Assembly: GCF_020885515.1 (NCBI RefSeq) | Contig: NZ_AP024987.1 | Coordinates: 60,001-92,000, forward strand | DNA from: a cyanobacterium endosymbiont of Braarudosphaera bigelowii | GTDB lineage: Bacteria; Cyanobacteriota; Cyanobacteriia; Cyanobacteriales; Microcystaceae | Reading direction: 5' to 3' | Length of the DNA: 32,000 nucleotides | In this document: positions 1-10,200 of the stretch, piece by piece | Numbering within the stretch: position 1 is the stretch's first letter | Layout of the letters: each line of letters begins with the position of its first letter | The notes under the pieces: generated by a model | Database searches by the model: none | Seen by the model: the letters and a program-made list of their open reading frames with translations, nothing else | Told to the model about the DNA's origin: nothing | Made by a program: the position numbers and the translations under genes

Positions 1-1
1 A

Positions 2-820
2 TTTAACTACTCTATAGTTTCTAATTACCCAGCACCCTTAAGATTGGGAGTTTTTATTGTCTTACTGTTGTTTCTTTGGTTACCTACTGCAATTCCATCA
101 TTTTTTTTATTTAAATATGATTTAAATTTAAGAACAATAATTACAATGGGTCTATTGTATATAAACTTTATTATTCTCCTTTTTTTTTGGAATAGTAAGG
201 TTCATAAAGTAAATAATTGGTGGAAACTATATGGATTAATCTTTACAAAAAAAAATGTAGTAGAGCTATTTAACGGGTTAACTGTTGGTATCTTTTTTAC
301 TTTTGGATTATTTATTGTAGAAATGATTTTAGGATGGGTCGTCTTTATTAGACCATCACAGAATTTATTTTTACTGGTATTAGAAGGTTTACTAAGTGCT
401 TTTGGAATTGCCTTTGCAGAAGAATTGTTTTTCAGAGGATGGTTATTAGAAGAATTAAGGATCAATTATTCTTACCGAGCTATCCTGATATCTAATAGTC
501 TTATTTTTGCAACTTTACACTTTTTAAAGCCTTTGCAGGAAATTATTAGAACTTTTCCTCAGTTTCCTGCCTTATTTTTGTTAGGTATTATTTTAGTAGA
601 AGCTAAAACAATACATAACAACAGATTAGGAATTTGCATTGGAATCCATGGAGGTTTGGTTTGGGGATATTACATATTGAATGTGGGAAAAATCATAAAA
701 TATACTGATAAAGCTTCTTCAATCTTCACGGGAATCGATAATAATCCGATTGCAGGAATTATGGGAATAATAGGATTGTTAGCGTTATTTTTTTTGATGA
801 AATATAAGAAACAATATTAG
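2..820 (+). CDS. CPBP family intramembrane metalloprotease (CAAX-type), 5'-partial
   Basis: Multi-pass hydrophobic protein with CPBP motifs 'EELFFRGW' (EExxxR) and 'FATLHF' (FxxxH), plus a later 'IHGG' His. The frame of the 44..820 ORF has no stop codon back to base 2, and the listed start is TTG. The gene therefore probably begins upstream of the window. Confidence 0.8.
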   Translation, partial: FNYSIVSNYPAPLRLGVFIVLLLFLWLPTAIPSFFLFKYDLNLRTIITMGLLYINFIILLFFWNSKVHKVNNWWKLYGLIFTKKNVVELFNGLTVGIFFTFGLFIVEMILGWVVFIRPSQNLFLLVLEGLLSAFGIAFAEELFFRGWLLEELRINYSYRAILISNSLIFATLHFLKPLQEIIRTFPQFPALFLLGIILVEAKTIHNNRLGICIGIHGGLVWGYYILNVGKIIKYTDKASSIFTGIDNNPIAGIMGIIGLLALFFLMKYKKQY

Positions 821-955
821 AATTTTGTAGATTATGTACTAGGTATTCTCAGTCGATTTATTTTTTTAATATGTTTAAAGATAAATTAAAAAAATACAGA
901 TTTTAGAACTTTTCATTTTTTAATTTTTATTAATGTAATAAGATTAGAATAAACA

Positions 956-984
956 TTATCAACTTAATTTTGCAAGCTTATAAT
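956..984 (+). promoter_or_regulatory. Candidate sigma70-type promoter for the Cu-ATPase gene
   Basis: TTATCA (956-961), a 17-nt spacer, then consensus TATAAT (979-984), 14 nt before the ATG at 998. This would imply a very short or near-leaderless 5' UTR. In AT-rich DNA such matches are common. Confidence 0.3.
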
Positions 985-997
985 CAGTTAATAGAAT

Positions 998-3316
998 ATG
1001 ACCTCTCTTCTTCAAGAATCAAAAGAAAACATATCTTCATCTCTCTTAAAAACAATAACTCTTGATGTAGCAGGTATGAAATGTGCTAGCTGTGTTAAAG
1101 CTGTAGAAAAAAAACTCTTAGAACAGCCTGGAGTAATTTCTGCTCAAGTTAACTTAATTACTGAAGTTGCTGTTGTTGAATATAATACTGAAGCTGTACA
1201 ATCATCATCTTTAACTGAGAAATTGACAATAATAGGTTTTCCATCTAGTGTTCGTACTTCACAAAATCTTACCATTCAACAAAGAAAACTTAAAAGTAAT
1301 CAGCACCAGCAAAAAGAAGAAACACAACAAAAAATTAATCTTTCTATTGCTACTATTTTGATTTTCATCTCTAGCCTAGGTCATCTAACATATATAGGTG
1401 GACCAGATTTTTTTATATTAAATGACTTAAGATTTCATTGGGTTTTAGCTACTATAGCAATTGTCATTCCAGGATTTGATATTTTTCTTGATGGCTGGCG
1501 TGGATTAGTTAACGGAATAGCCAATATGAATACTTTGGTTGGATTGGGAACTTTTAGTGCATACTCAATTAGTTGTGTTGCATTAATATTTCCTGATCTA
1601 GGTTGGGAATGTTTCTTTGATGAGCCAGTGATGTTATTAGGATTTATTTTACTAGGTCGTATTTTAGAAAAGCGGGCCAAAAACCGTGCTTCGTCAGCCA
1701 TAGAGTCCTTAATTGAATTACAACCCGCATTAGCCCGTCTAAGTAGTGATCCGTTTTCAGAAAATCAGTCTAGTATAGAAATTCCTGTTGAGCAAGTTCG
1801 TTTGGGAGAATATATAAAAATATTACCCGGTGATAAGATTCCTGTAGATGGAAGGATTATTACTGGAGAAACTACTATTGATGAATCACTAGTCACTGGA
1901 GAATCGATGCCTGTAGTAAAAAAAACAGGCGAAGAAGTATTCGTAGGTACATTAAATCATTCGGGTTTAATCATTATTGAAACAACTCGCATTGGTAAAA
2001 ACACAACTTTAGCTCAAATAATTTCTTCAGTCGAAAACGCCCAAATATCAAAAGCCCCTATTCAAAAACTAACTGATACTATAGCCGGATATTTTGCATA
2101 TGGAATAATGTTTCTTTCAGTTTCAATATTTATATTCTGGTTAAATATAGGAACAGCTTGGTACCCTCAAGTGTTGAATACGAGTCATCATAGTACTCCA
2201 TTTTTATTAAGTTTAAAACTAGCAATTTCGGTCTTAGTTGTTGCATGTCCTTGTGCCTTAGGATTGGCAACACCTATGGCTATATTAGTAGGAACAGGCA
2301 TAGGAGCTAAAAAAGGAATATTGATTAAAAGTGGAGATATTCTAGAAAAAGTTCCTCAACTACATGGAATAGTATTTGATAAAACTGGTACTCTTACTAC
2401 TGGTCATCCTGTTGTGACTAATTATAAATCTTTTGGTCTTCTTAGTCCTCAGTATTTATTGCAATTAGCTGCTACGGTAGAAAGTGGAACTAATCATCCA
2501 CTAGGTCTAGCAATTATAGGAGAAGCTGATAAGCAGAATTTGCCCCTATTAAAAGCAGAAGATTTCTATACAAAAATTGGATCAGGAGTTACTGCTAAAA
2601 TTCAGGGGAAAGATGTTTGGTTAGGTAATAAAAGCTGGTTAGTAGATAATGAATTTAACTTTGATTCAAGCTCTTACCATGCAGAATCATTAGCTGAAAA
2701 AGCGGAAACTATTATTTATGTAGGTATAAATAAATCTATAGAAGGTTTTTTAACTTTAAAAGATACATTACGATTAGATGCAAAAGAAACTATTTTAGAA
2801 CTAAAAAAGCAAGGACTAGAGGTCATTTTATTAACTGGAGACAATCCAAAAGTTGCTGCAGCAATTGCAACTGAATTAGGAATTAGTAAGTTTTTTGCTC
2901 AGATTACTCCCAATAATAAAGCTACTATAATTAAGGATCTACAAAAGAAAGGAAGAATAGCAATGGTAGGAGATGGTATTAATGATGCACCAGCTCTAGC
3001 TCAGGCAGATATAGGAATTTCTTTGCAAGGATCTACTCAAATAGCTCTTGAGAGTTCTGATATTGTCTTGATGAGTGGACGTATTTGGGATATTACGACA
3101 GCTATAAATCTTAGCTTAGCAACATTTACAAAAATTCGTCAAAATCTTTTATGGGCTTTTGGATATAACACTCTATCTATTCCTCTTGCAGGGGGAATCT
3201 TATTACCTAGCTTAGGCTTTACTATTAACCCTGTAATTGCTGCAGCTTTAATGGCTTCCAGTTCTATAATAGTAGTAATAAATTCTTTATCTCTTCGTTA
3301 TCAGTTTCGTGAATAG
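998..3316 (+). CDS. Copper(I)-translocating P1B-type ATPase (CtaA/PacS/CopA family)
   Basis: 772 aa. It has a single N-terminal HMA domain 'GMKCASC', the TM6 'CPC' motif ('ACPCALGLATP'), and the phosphorylation site 'DKTGTLT'. It also has the hinge 'GDGINDAP' and the TM7/8 'YN' and 'MASSS' motifs typical of Cu+ pumps. Confidence 0.93.
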   Translation: MTSLLQESKENISSSLLKTITLDVAGMKCASCVKAVEKKLLEQPGVISAQVNLITEVAVVEYNTEAVQSSSLTEKLTIIGFPSSVRTSQNLTIQQRKLKSNQHQQKEETQQKINLSIATILIFISSLGHLTYIGGPDFFILNDLRFHWVLATIAIVIPGFDIFLDGWRGLVNGIANMNTLVGLGTFSAYSISCVALIFPDLGWECFFDEPVMLLGFILLGRILEKRAKNRASSAIESLIELQPALARLSSDPFSENQSSIEIPVEQVRLGEYIKILPGDKIPVDGRIITGETTIDESLVTGESMPVVKKTGEEVFVGTLNHSGLIIIETTRIGKNTTLAQIISSVENAQISKAPIQKLTDTIAGYFAYGIMFLSVSIFIFWLNIGTAWYPQVLNTSHHSTPFLLSLKLAISVLVVACPCALGLATPMAILVGTGIGAKKGILIKSGDILEKVPQLHGIVFDKTGTLTTGHPVVTNYKSFGLLSPQYLLQLAATVESGTNHPLGLAIIGEADKQNLPLLKAEDFYTKIGSGVTAKIQGKDVWLGNKSWLVDNEFNFDSSSYHAESLAEKAETIIYVGINKSIEGFLTLKDTLRLDAKETILELKKQGLEVILLTGDNPKVAAAIATELGISKFFAQITPNNKATIIKDLQKKGRIAMVGDGINDAPALAQADIGISLQGSTQIALESSDIVLMSGRIWDITTAINLSLATFTKIRQNLLWAFGYNTLSIPLAGGILLPSLGFTINPVIAAALMASSSIIVVINSLSLRYQFRE

Positions 3317-3476
3317 ATTAAATACTTTCGTTCATTATATTTATATGAATGATTACCCTCAAAATGTATTGCAAGCAAGACAAACCTAACTAATATATTT
3401 TGACTGTTATTTTAATATTAATAATCAACTAAAAAAAATATTATTTTACATTACTAATCTTGCTAAATTAAACATC

Positions 3477-3506
3477 TTGATTTGTTTATTTTCAAACAAG
3501 TATCAA
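3477..3506 (-). terminator. Possible terminator hairpin between convergent genes
   Basis: The stem is TTGAT+TTGTTT pairing with AAACAA+(GT bulge)+ATCAA, 11 bp with a 6-nt loop. It lies 20 nt downstream of the stop of the minus-strand ORF 3526..3861. The stem is AT-rich and there is no clean U-tract. Confidence 0.3.
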
Positions 3507-3525
3507 TTCAATAAATCTAAACTAA

Positions 3526-3861
3526 TTAGGTAGCTAAATGAAACTTTTGGTTCTTATTAAGAATAGTTTGTATTTGTTGAAATCTTTGGTAACAATGATT
3601 GTTGGGATTTAACGGTAGCTCGTCATTTTTTACAATAAAGTTTATAGGTATGTAATTTTTTTTTGACGCAGTACTTTCAATAAAAATTTCGATGCTCACT
3701 AACTTTGAAAAAAAGACTTGATCTATGTTTTCTTTCGCTAATAAATAATCATTAGCTTCATAGATAATATAAAAATTACAAGACCTTAATATTTGATCTA
3801 ATAATGTTGAGACTTCCTTTAAAGTAGTTGAAACAAAAAAAGTACATGTATAACGAGCCAT
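3526..3861 (-). CDS. Hypothetical protein (111 aa)
   Basis: Clean ORF filling the gap between the ATPase and holB, divergent from holB with a 49-bp spacer. It has no recognisable motif and no transmembrane segment. Confidence 0.55.
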   Translation of the reverse strand: MARYTCTFFVSTTLKEVSTLLDQILRSCNFYIIYEANDYLLAKENIDQVFFSKLVSIEIFIESTASKKNYIPINFIVKNDELPLNPNNHCYQRFQQIQTILNKNQKFHLAT

Positions 3862-3910
3862 AAAATCATTCCTAATCTTTCTACTATTCAGATACGAGTA
3901 TTTTATTCCT

Positions 3911-4864
3911 ATGGATCATTTTCAACAGCTAATAGGCCAACCACAGAGCGTCACTTTATTGAAACAAATAATTATCAAAAACCATATTGCTCCTGCTTAC
4001 CTTTTTTCGGGTCCAATAGGTGTAGGACGCAAACTAGCTGCAGAATGTTTCTGTAAATCATTATTCTCACATTCAAAGGTATTACAAGAAAGCCAGTTAA
4101 CTTTTGAACAGAGAATTGTTAATGGTAATCACCCAGATCTATATTGGATAGAACCAACTTACCAACATCAAAAGAAATTATTTACTGTAAAGCAAGCTCG
4201 AGAATATGGTTTAAAAAGAAATTCACCTCCTCAGATACGTGTAGATCAAATTCGGAATATTGCTAATTTTTTAAGTCACTTACCTTTAGAAAGCATTCGC
4301 TCTATTGTAATAATAGAAGAAGCAGAGCTAATGACTGAAGCTGCATCTAATGGATTGCTAAAAACTTTAGAGGAAGCTAAATTGGCAACATTAATTTTGA
4401 TCTCTTCTAATCCAAGTTTATTACTACCAACCCTAGTATCTCGCTGCCAAATAATTCCTTTTTATAATCTATCAGAACATAGTCTAAAAGAAGTTCTAAG
4501 TAAGTTGAACTACGAAAATATAATAAATGAAGAAGAGATAATAAAGCTTAGTCAAGGAAGCCCCGGCAAGGCAATCAGTTATTGGGATAAATTACAACTT
4601 ATTCCTTCTGAACTTAAAAACACTTTAAAACAGATACCTCTAGGCGACTTAAATTCTTTAGAGTTATCAAATAAAATAAATATGGAATTAGATAATTCAA
4701 CTCAATTATTTCTAATTGATTATCTTCAATATTTTTATTGGGAAAAATTTAGGAATAGAAACTTACTAGAGTTATTAGAGCTGGCAAAATATCAGCTTCT
4801 TAATTATTTAAACTCAAGATTAGTTTGGGATCTTTTATTAATGAAAATAAGTAATGTTTTATAA
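3911..4864 (+). CDS. holB: DNA polymerase III subunit delta'
   Basis: 317 aa. The N-terminus 'GQPQSVTLLKQIIIKNHIAPAYLFSGPIGVGRK' is a degenerate Walker-A clamp-loader fold. 'NHPDLYWIEP', 'VIIEEAELM' and 'LKTLEE' are typical HolB blocks, and an SRC-like 'VSRCQ' is present. Confidence 0.9.
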   Translation: MDHFQQLIGQPQSVTLLKQIIIKNHIAPAYLFSGPIGVGRKLAAECFCKSLFSHSKVLQESQLTFEQRIVNGNHPDLYWIEPTYQHQKKLFTVKQAREYGLKRNSPPQIRVDQIRNIANFLSHLPLESIRSIVIIEEAELMTEAASNGLLKTLEEAKLATLILISSNPSLLLPTLVSRCQIIPFYNLSEHSLKEVLSKLNYENIINEEEIIKLSQGSPGKAISYWDKLQLIPSELKNTLKQIPLGDLNSLELSNKINMELDNSTQLFLIDYLQYFYWEKFRNRNLLELLELAKYQLLNYLNSRLVWDLLLMKISNVL

Positions 4865-4867
4865 TTT

Positions 4868-7180
4868 TTAAGTATTAAAACTTACATTCTCAGAGGTTAA
4901 AGTCTTTATTCTTTTGAGTAAAAAATTAGGCTGTATCGGTTTTATTAAGTAATCATCAATTCCTGTTTTAGCAATTTCTAGCCACTCTTTAGATGTAATT
5001 GTATCCTTTAGAAAGAGTACCTTTATAGATCTAGTCTCTGAAGATTTCTTCAAAAGCTTACTTATTTTCAAAGCTTTGGAAAGGTCCTGATCTAAAATAA
5101 TTGCTATGGGTTGTATCAACTCTATTTTCCTTATTAATTTAATATCATTCATTAACCAAATAAAATAATAATTAGCTGATGTCAATAATTCTTCAAGCAG
5201 AGTTGCAGTTTTCTTATTACTCTCTATCAGAATAATTATTCTAGTAGAAAATAGTGATTCTTTCTGGTTTAATAATTTACTATTTAACTTATCTTTAAGC
5301 TGAGATTGATTAGGGATTCTAATTGTAAAAATGGATCCTTTATTAACTAAAGACTCCACCTGAATAGTTCCACCATGTAATTCTACTAATTGTTTGGTTA
5401 ACGCTAAGCCTAGTCCCGTGCCCCCATAAACACGTTTTCTATGGTTTTCTAGTTTCTGAAATAATTTAAATAATAAAGGAATCTGATCTGTTTTAATACC
5501 TATTCCTGTGTCCTCTACTTGCCAAATAACTTCTTCTCCGTCTCTCCAAACTCTTAGTATTACAGTTCCATTTTCTGGAGTAAACTTTAAGGCATTATTT
5601 AATAGATAATAAAGAATATGCTTCATCCTTATAGGATCGGCTAAAAATGTATCTTCTATAGAGTTAATCTTTAAATCTAATTTTAAATTAATATGTCGGT
5701 GAACTTCTTCTTTATAAACTTTCTGTAAAATGTTTTTAGCAATATCACTTAGAGAAAATTCTTGAATATTCAGTAAGCATTTTCCTGTTTGTAGATTTGA
5801 ATATTCTAAAATCTCATTAATTATTTGAAGTAAATTTTCGCCACTATTTTGAATAGTTTCTAAATAATGCTTTCTCTTTTCTAAAGATAGTGTAGAGTTT
5901 TCTTTTGACCAGTACAATAAAGTGCCTGATAAACCAATAATGCAAGTTAATGGAGTACGTAGCTCATGGCTCATATTACCCAAAAACTCACTTTTAGAAT
6001 GGTTAGCAGCTTGAGAAGCAACTAAAGTATCACAAAGTTCCTGTGTTCTTTTAACGACTTTCTGTTTTAATATATGTCTTTCTGCTTGAACTCGAGCATA
6101 CAGTTGTGCTTGGTTAATAGCAACGCCTAGATGCTCTGCAATTTTTTCTAAAGTAACTTTTTCATTTTTCGACCATTTTCGCTTTTGCAGACATTGATGG
6201 GCAACTAAAAGTCCCCATAAATCGCCATTTACAATAATAGGAGTTCCTATCTCAGAAAGTATAGAATATTTACTTGGTAAATTTTGAAAGCATGAGTGTA
6301 AGAAAGAATATTCATTTATACTATCTATATTGTTATGAGAAACAATTGATTCTTCAGAGTATCTTAGCACTTTTATTAAAACCTTGCTTTCTATCAAGAT
6401 ATTTAATAAAGAAGGAATATTTTTAGTGCTGAGTGATTGGTACGTAATATATCCATCACCTTTGATTAAATTATACTTCTTAGAAGTAATTAATTGTTTT
6501 CTATTAAATTCATAAATTATTAAGCGATCAACCTTTAAAAGTTGTCCCAATTCCTTAACAGCAGTTTCTAAAATAGTTGGTAAATCTAGAGTTTGACGAA
6601 TTTTACCAATAACTTGAGTTAAAAGCTTCTCTTGCCTTAATTGACTTTTAATATCTTTTTTAAGAGGAGAAGTAGCTGGCAACTCTTGACAAATGGCATA
6701 AAAATTATCAGTACTTTTAGATCCTAGTATATCCTCTAGATTACTGTTCAAATATGATTGTAAATCTGTTATCTGGATATTATCAATATTTAAATAAGGG
6801 ATAAATTGTTTCTTCCATACTGAAGTATTGTCTAAATGTATATATAGTTTGTGAACAAAATTAGTAATACAATTTGCTTCTGAAGTTATTGTGACTTGAT
6901 AAGATAAAGAAGAAGTATTTAGTACACCTTGGAGTAGTATACTAAACCCAGGTGACAAAAAAAGATAAAAGGTTTTTAAATCTAGTACTGTAGATAAGTT
7001 TTCTATTTCTAAGGCAATCATAGAATTTGTTAATAAGATCCCTGTAGAACCTTGAATTGTGAAAAGCTTTTCCCAAAGAGAACAAAGCTTTTCAAATTTA
7101 CATATAGATATAACTCGTTTTAAAATGGGTTCTTGACCAAAATTCATCAGCTTAGACAAGGCTAAAGGAAAAGAATACAA
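4868..7180 (-). CDS. Sensor histidine kinase: N-terminal domain + GAF + HisKA/HATPase_c + C-terminal receiver-like domain (CikA-like architecture)
   Basis: 770 aa. GAF block: 'VDRLIIYEF...[13 protein letters not shown]'. H-box: 'MSHELRTPL'. G-boxes: 'VEDTGIGI' and '[19 protein letters not shown]'. The C-terminal ~120 aa has a CheY-like fold pattern ('IILIES...IILDQDL...YLIKP') with E-S where canonical receivers have D-D. Confidence 0.88.
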   Translation of the reverse strand: MYSFPLALSKLMNFGQEPILKRVISICKFEKLCSLWEKLFTIQGSTGILLTNSMIALEIENLSTVLDLKTFYLFLSPGFSILLQGVLNTSSLSYQVTITSEANCITNFVHKLYIHLDNTSVWKKQFIPYLNIDNIQITDLQSYLNSNLEDILGSKSTDNFYAICQELPATSPLKKDIKSQLRQEKLLTQVIGKIRQTLDLPTILETAVKELGQLLKVDRLIIYEFNRKQLITSKKYNLIKGDGYITYQSLSTKNIPSLLNILIESKVLIKVLRYSEESIVSHNNIDSINEYSFLHSCFQNLPSKYSILSEIGTPIIVNGDLWGLLVAHQCLQKRKWSKNEKVTLEKIAEHLGVAINQAQLYARVQAERHILKQKVVKRTQELCDTLVASQAANHSKSEFLGNMSHELRTPLTCIIGLSGTLLYWSKENSTLSLEKRKHYLETIQNSGENLLQIINEILEYSNLQTGKCLLNIQEFSLSDIAKNILQKVYKEEVHRHINLKLDLKINSIEDTFLADPIRMKHILYYLLNNALKFTPENGTVILRVWRDGEEVIWQVEDTGIGIKTDQIPLLFKLFQKLENHRKRVYGGTGLGLALTKQLVELHGGTIQVESLVNKGSIFTIRIPNQSQLKDKLNSKLLNQKESLFSTRIIILIESNKKTATLLEELLTSANYYFIWLMNDIKLIRKIELIQPIAIILDQDLSKALKISKLLKKSSETRSIKVLFLKDTITSKEWLEIAKTGIDDYLIKPIQPNFLLKRIKTLTSENVSFNT

Positions 7181-7235
7181 TTTTTCTGTTTCTCTATCCT
7201 GAAACTTAATGTTGTTTAAATATTGAGAGAATACT

Positions 7236-10200
7236 ATGCATCGAATAGCTTCAAGTTCTGGAAATTGGAATATGCAACGAGATGGAGTGATTTTTGTAGA
7301 ACAAAGTCAAGCTCCAATTATATTCTTAACAGCAGCAGACACAGACATTCAAAGCTTAGCGAATTCTTTAAAAATTTTACCGAACAATTTTCAAAAAGTA
7401 CGTGCCTTAAATATTTTGTACTTACAACAACAGTTAAGTATTGATAATTATTCAGATAAGGTATTATCTAAATCTAAAGTTATTATTTTACGGCTATTAG
7501 GAGGGAGTTCGTATTGGAATTATGGATTAGAAGTTGTTAAATATATTGTTGAATTAAACAACATAAATCTTTTTGTTCTACCAGGAGATGATGTTTCTGA
7601 TCATATTTTAATGAGCCATTCAACAGTTCCTCTTTATCAGAGTAACAAGCTGTGGAAATACATAAGCGAAGGAGGACAAAAAAACTGGTCGAATGCATTA
7701 AAGTATATTTCTAATAACTATTTTCAAACTAAATATGATGTTGAAGAACCAGAAATAGTACCTAATTTTGGAATTTATCAAAACAACAGAATTAATAATA
7801 CTGCTGAAAAAAATGTTGTCATACTTTTTTATCGTTCGCATTATCTCTCTGGTAATTTATTACCAGTAGATTCCTTGTGTGAAAGTTTATTAAATAGAAA
7901 TTTATTTCCTTTACCCATATTTATTACTTCCTTAAGAGATATTAATATCCAAATTGAATTAATTAATTATCTTGACAGTGTAGAAAATAATTCTTGTCAG
8001 TTATTGCTTAATACTACTAGCTTTTCACTTGCCAAAATTGATGATGACTACAACTTTAATAGTAACTTGTGGCAAAAATTAGATTGTCCAGTCTTACAAG
8101 TAATCTTTAGTAGCTCAACGTTACAGCAATGGCATGAAAGTTTTCAAGGATTAAGTCCTCGAGATGTAGCTATGAATATTGCTTTACCAGAAATTGATGG
8201 AAAAATTATAACTCGTGCAGTTTCTTTTAAATCTATTAAAGTGTGGAATAAAGATTTAGAGACAAATGTTATTATTTATTCACCTGTTAAAGATAGAGTT
8301 GACTTTGTCGCCGATTTAGCAAAAAATTATATTAATCTTAAGAATAGTTCTATTTCTGAAAGAAAAATCGCTATAGTTTTGGCCAACTATCCTAATAGAA
8401 ATGGTAGACTTGCAAATGGTGTTGGGTTAGATACTCCGGCAAGTTGCATAGAAATTCTTAAAGCTCTAAAAAGAGAAGGTTATAGTGTTGCCAATATACC
8501 TGAATCAGGTGATGACTTAATAAAACTTTTAACAAAGGGAGTAACGAATGATCCTGAAAGTAAAGACTTACGTATAGTTTATCAATCAGTTTCTTATGTA
8601 GAATATGAACAATATTTTCAAAGTTTGCCTTCAAAGATTAAGAAGGAAGTTGACGAACGTTGGCAACATATATTTGATGATGTAAATCTTGCATTTCCGA
8701 TCTCTGGTATTCAACTGGATAATGTTTTCATAGGTATTCAACCGTCTAGAGGTTACGATTTAGATCCAAGCTTAAATTACCATGCTCCTGATTTAGAGCC
8801 AACACCTCATTACTTAGCATATTATTACTGGATAAAAAATAAATTTAAAGCTTCGGCAATTATTAACGTAGGTAAACATGGTAATTTGGAATGGTTACCA
8901 GGAAAAAGTCTTGCATTATCATCAACTTGCTATCCTGAAGTTGCATTAGGCAGTATTCCTAATTTTTATCCTTTTATTGTCAATGATCCAGGAGAAGGAG
9001 CACAAGCCAAACGCCGTTCACATGCAACTATCATAGATCATCTTACTCCTCCTTTAACTCGTGCAGAATTATATGGTGATTTGGAACAATTAGAAATTCT
9101 TATTGATGAATATTATGAGGCCCAAGCTCTAGATCCTAAGCGTCTAAAGATAATTACTAATAGTATTAAAGAACTAATTATTAAAACTAAAATTAATAAT
9201 GACTTGGGAATAGCAAAAATAGATTTTGATTCTTTATCTACATTTCTAAAATTAGCAGATGGATATTTATGTGAACTCAAAGAGGCACAAATTAGAGACG
9301 GATTGCATATACTAGGGCAATGTCCTAAAAATATTCAACTAAGAGATTTAATTTTAGCGATTTCCCGTTCTCCTGGTTCTAATCGACTTGGTTTAACAAC
9401 AGCACTAGCTAAAGATTTAAAATTAACTTTTAATCCTCTAACAGCAGATTTTAGTGATTCTTTTTCTGATTCTATTTTTCTTACTTTTACACCTCAAAAT
9501 CTTCTATTACAGCTTCAAAGATCTTCTTCTATTGGTGATGTTGTAGAAGTCTTAGAAAAATATTCACAAACTTTAATTGAAAACTTAATTAATAAAATTG
9601 AAACCCCAGAAATAATTCACTTTCAAAATACCTGTAAGGAAATTAATTGGATACAAAAATTTTTAATCCCCAAGTTATATGAAACTGATCAGGAAATTAG
9701 TAATTTACTCAAAGGATTAGATGGAAGATATGTTCCTAGTGGAGCATCAGGTACGCCGACTAGAGGAAGAGTGGAGGTTCTTCCTACAGGTAGAAATTTC
9801 TATTCAGTTGATATCCGTGCTATTCCTACACAAACAGCTTGGGCTATGGGGAAGAAGGCAGCTGAGGTTCTTGTCGAAAAATATACTCAAGATAATGGAG
9901 AGTATCCAAAAACTCTAGCAATCTCAATTTGGGGGACTTCAACTATGCGAACAGGTGGTGATGATATCGCCCAAGTCTTAGCTTTACTAGGAGTTAAACC
10001 TATTTGGGACAGATCCAGAGTAATAGATTATGAAATTATTCCTTTATCAGTATTAGGAAGACCTCGTATTGATGTGACAGTAAGAATATCAGGTTTCTTT
10101 AGAGATAGCTTTCCTAACTTATTGTTGTTATTGTCAAATGTAATTGAAGATTTGTCAAAATTAGAAAAAGAAAAAGATGCCAATCCTTTAGCTACTCAAG

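Noticed and set aside
202-465. 87-aa minus-strand ORF inside the CPBP protease gene. Similar antisense ORFs occur at 1435..1701, 17890..18138, 20702..20890, 21621..21941, 26769..27053, 28446..28634, 30115..30342, 30609..30794 and 31241..31504.
   Set aside because: Each is fully embedded antisense to a gene with strong family motifs. Their translations are low-complexity or compositionally odd, with no recognisable motif. They are shadow ORFs.
7223-7444. 73-aa plus-strand ORF overlapping the start of cobN, and the 65-aa ORF 9721..9918 inside cobN
   Set aside because: Both are out of frame with the clearly conserved CobN reading frame and have no motifs. They are overlapping-frame artefacts.
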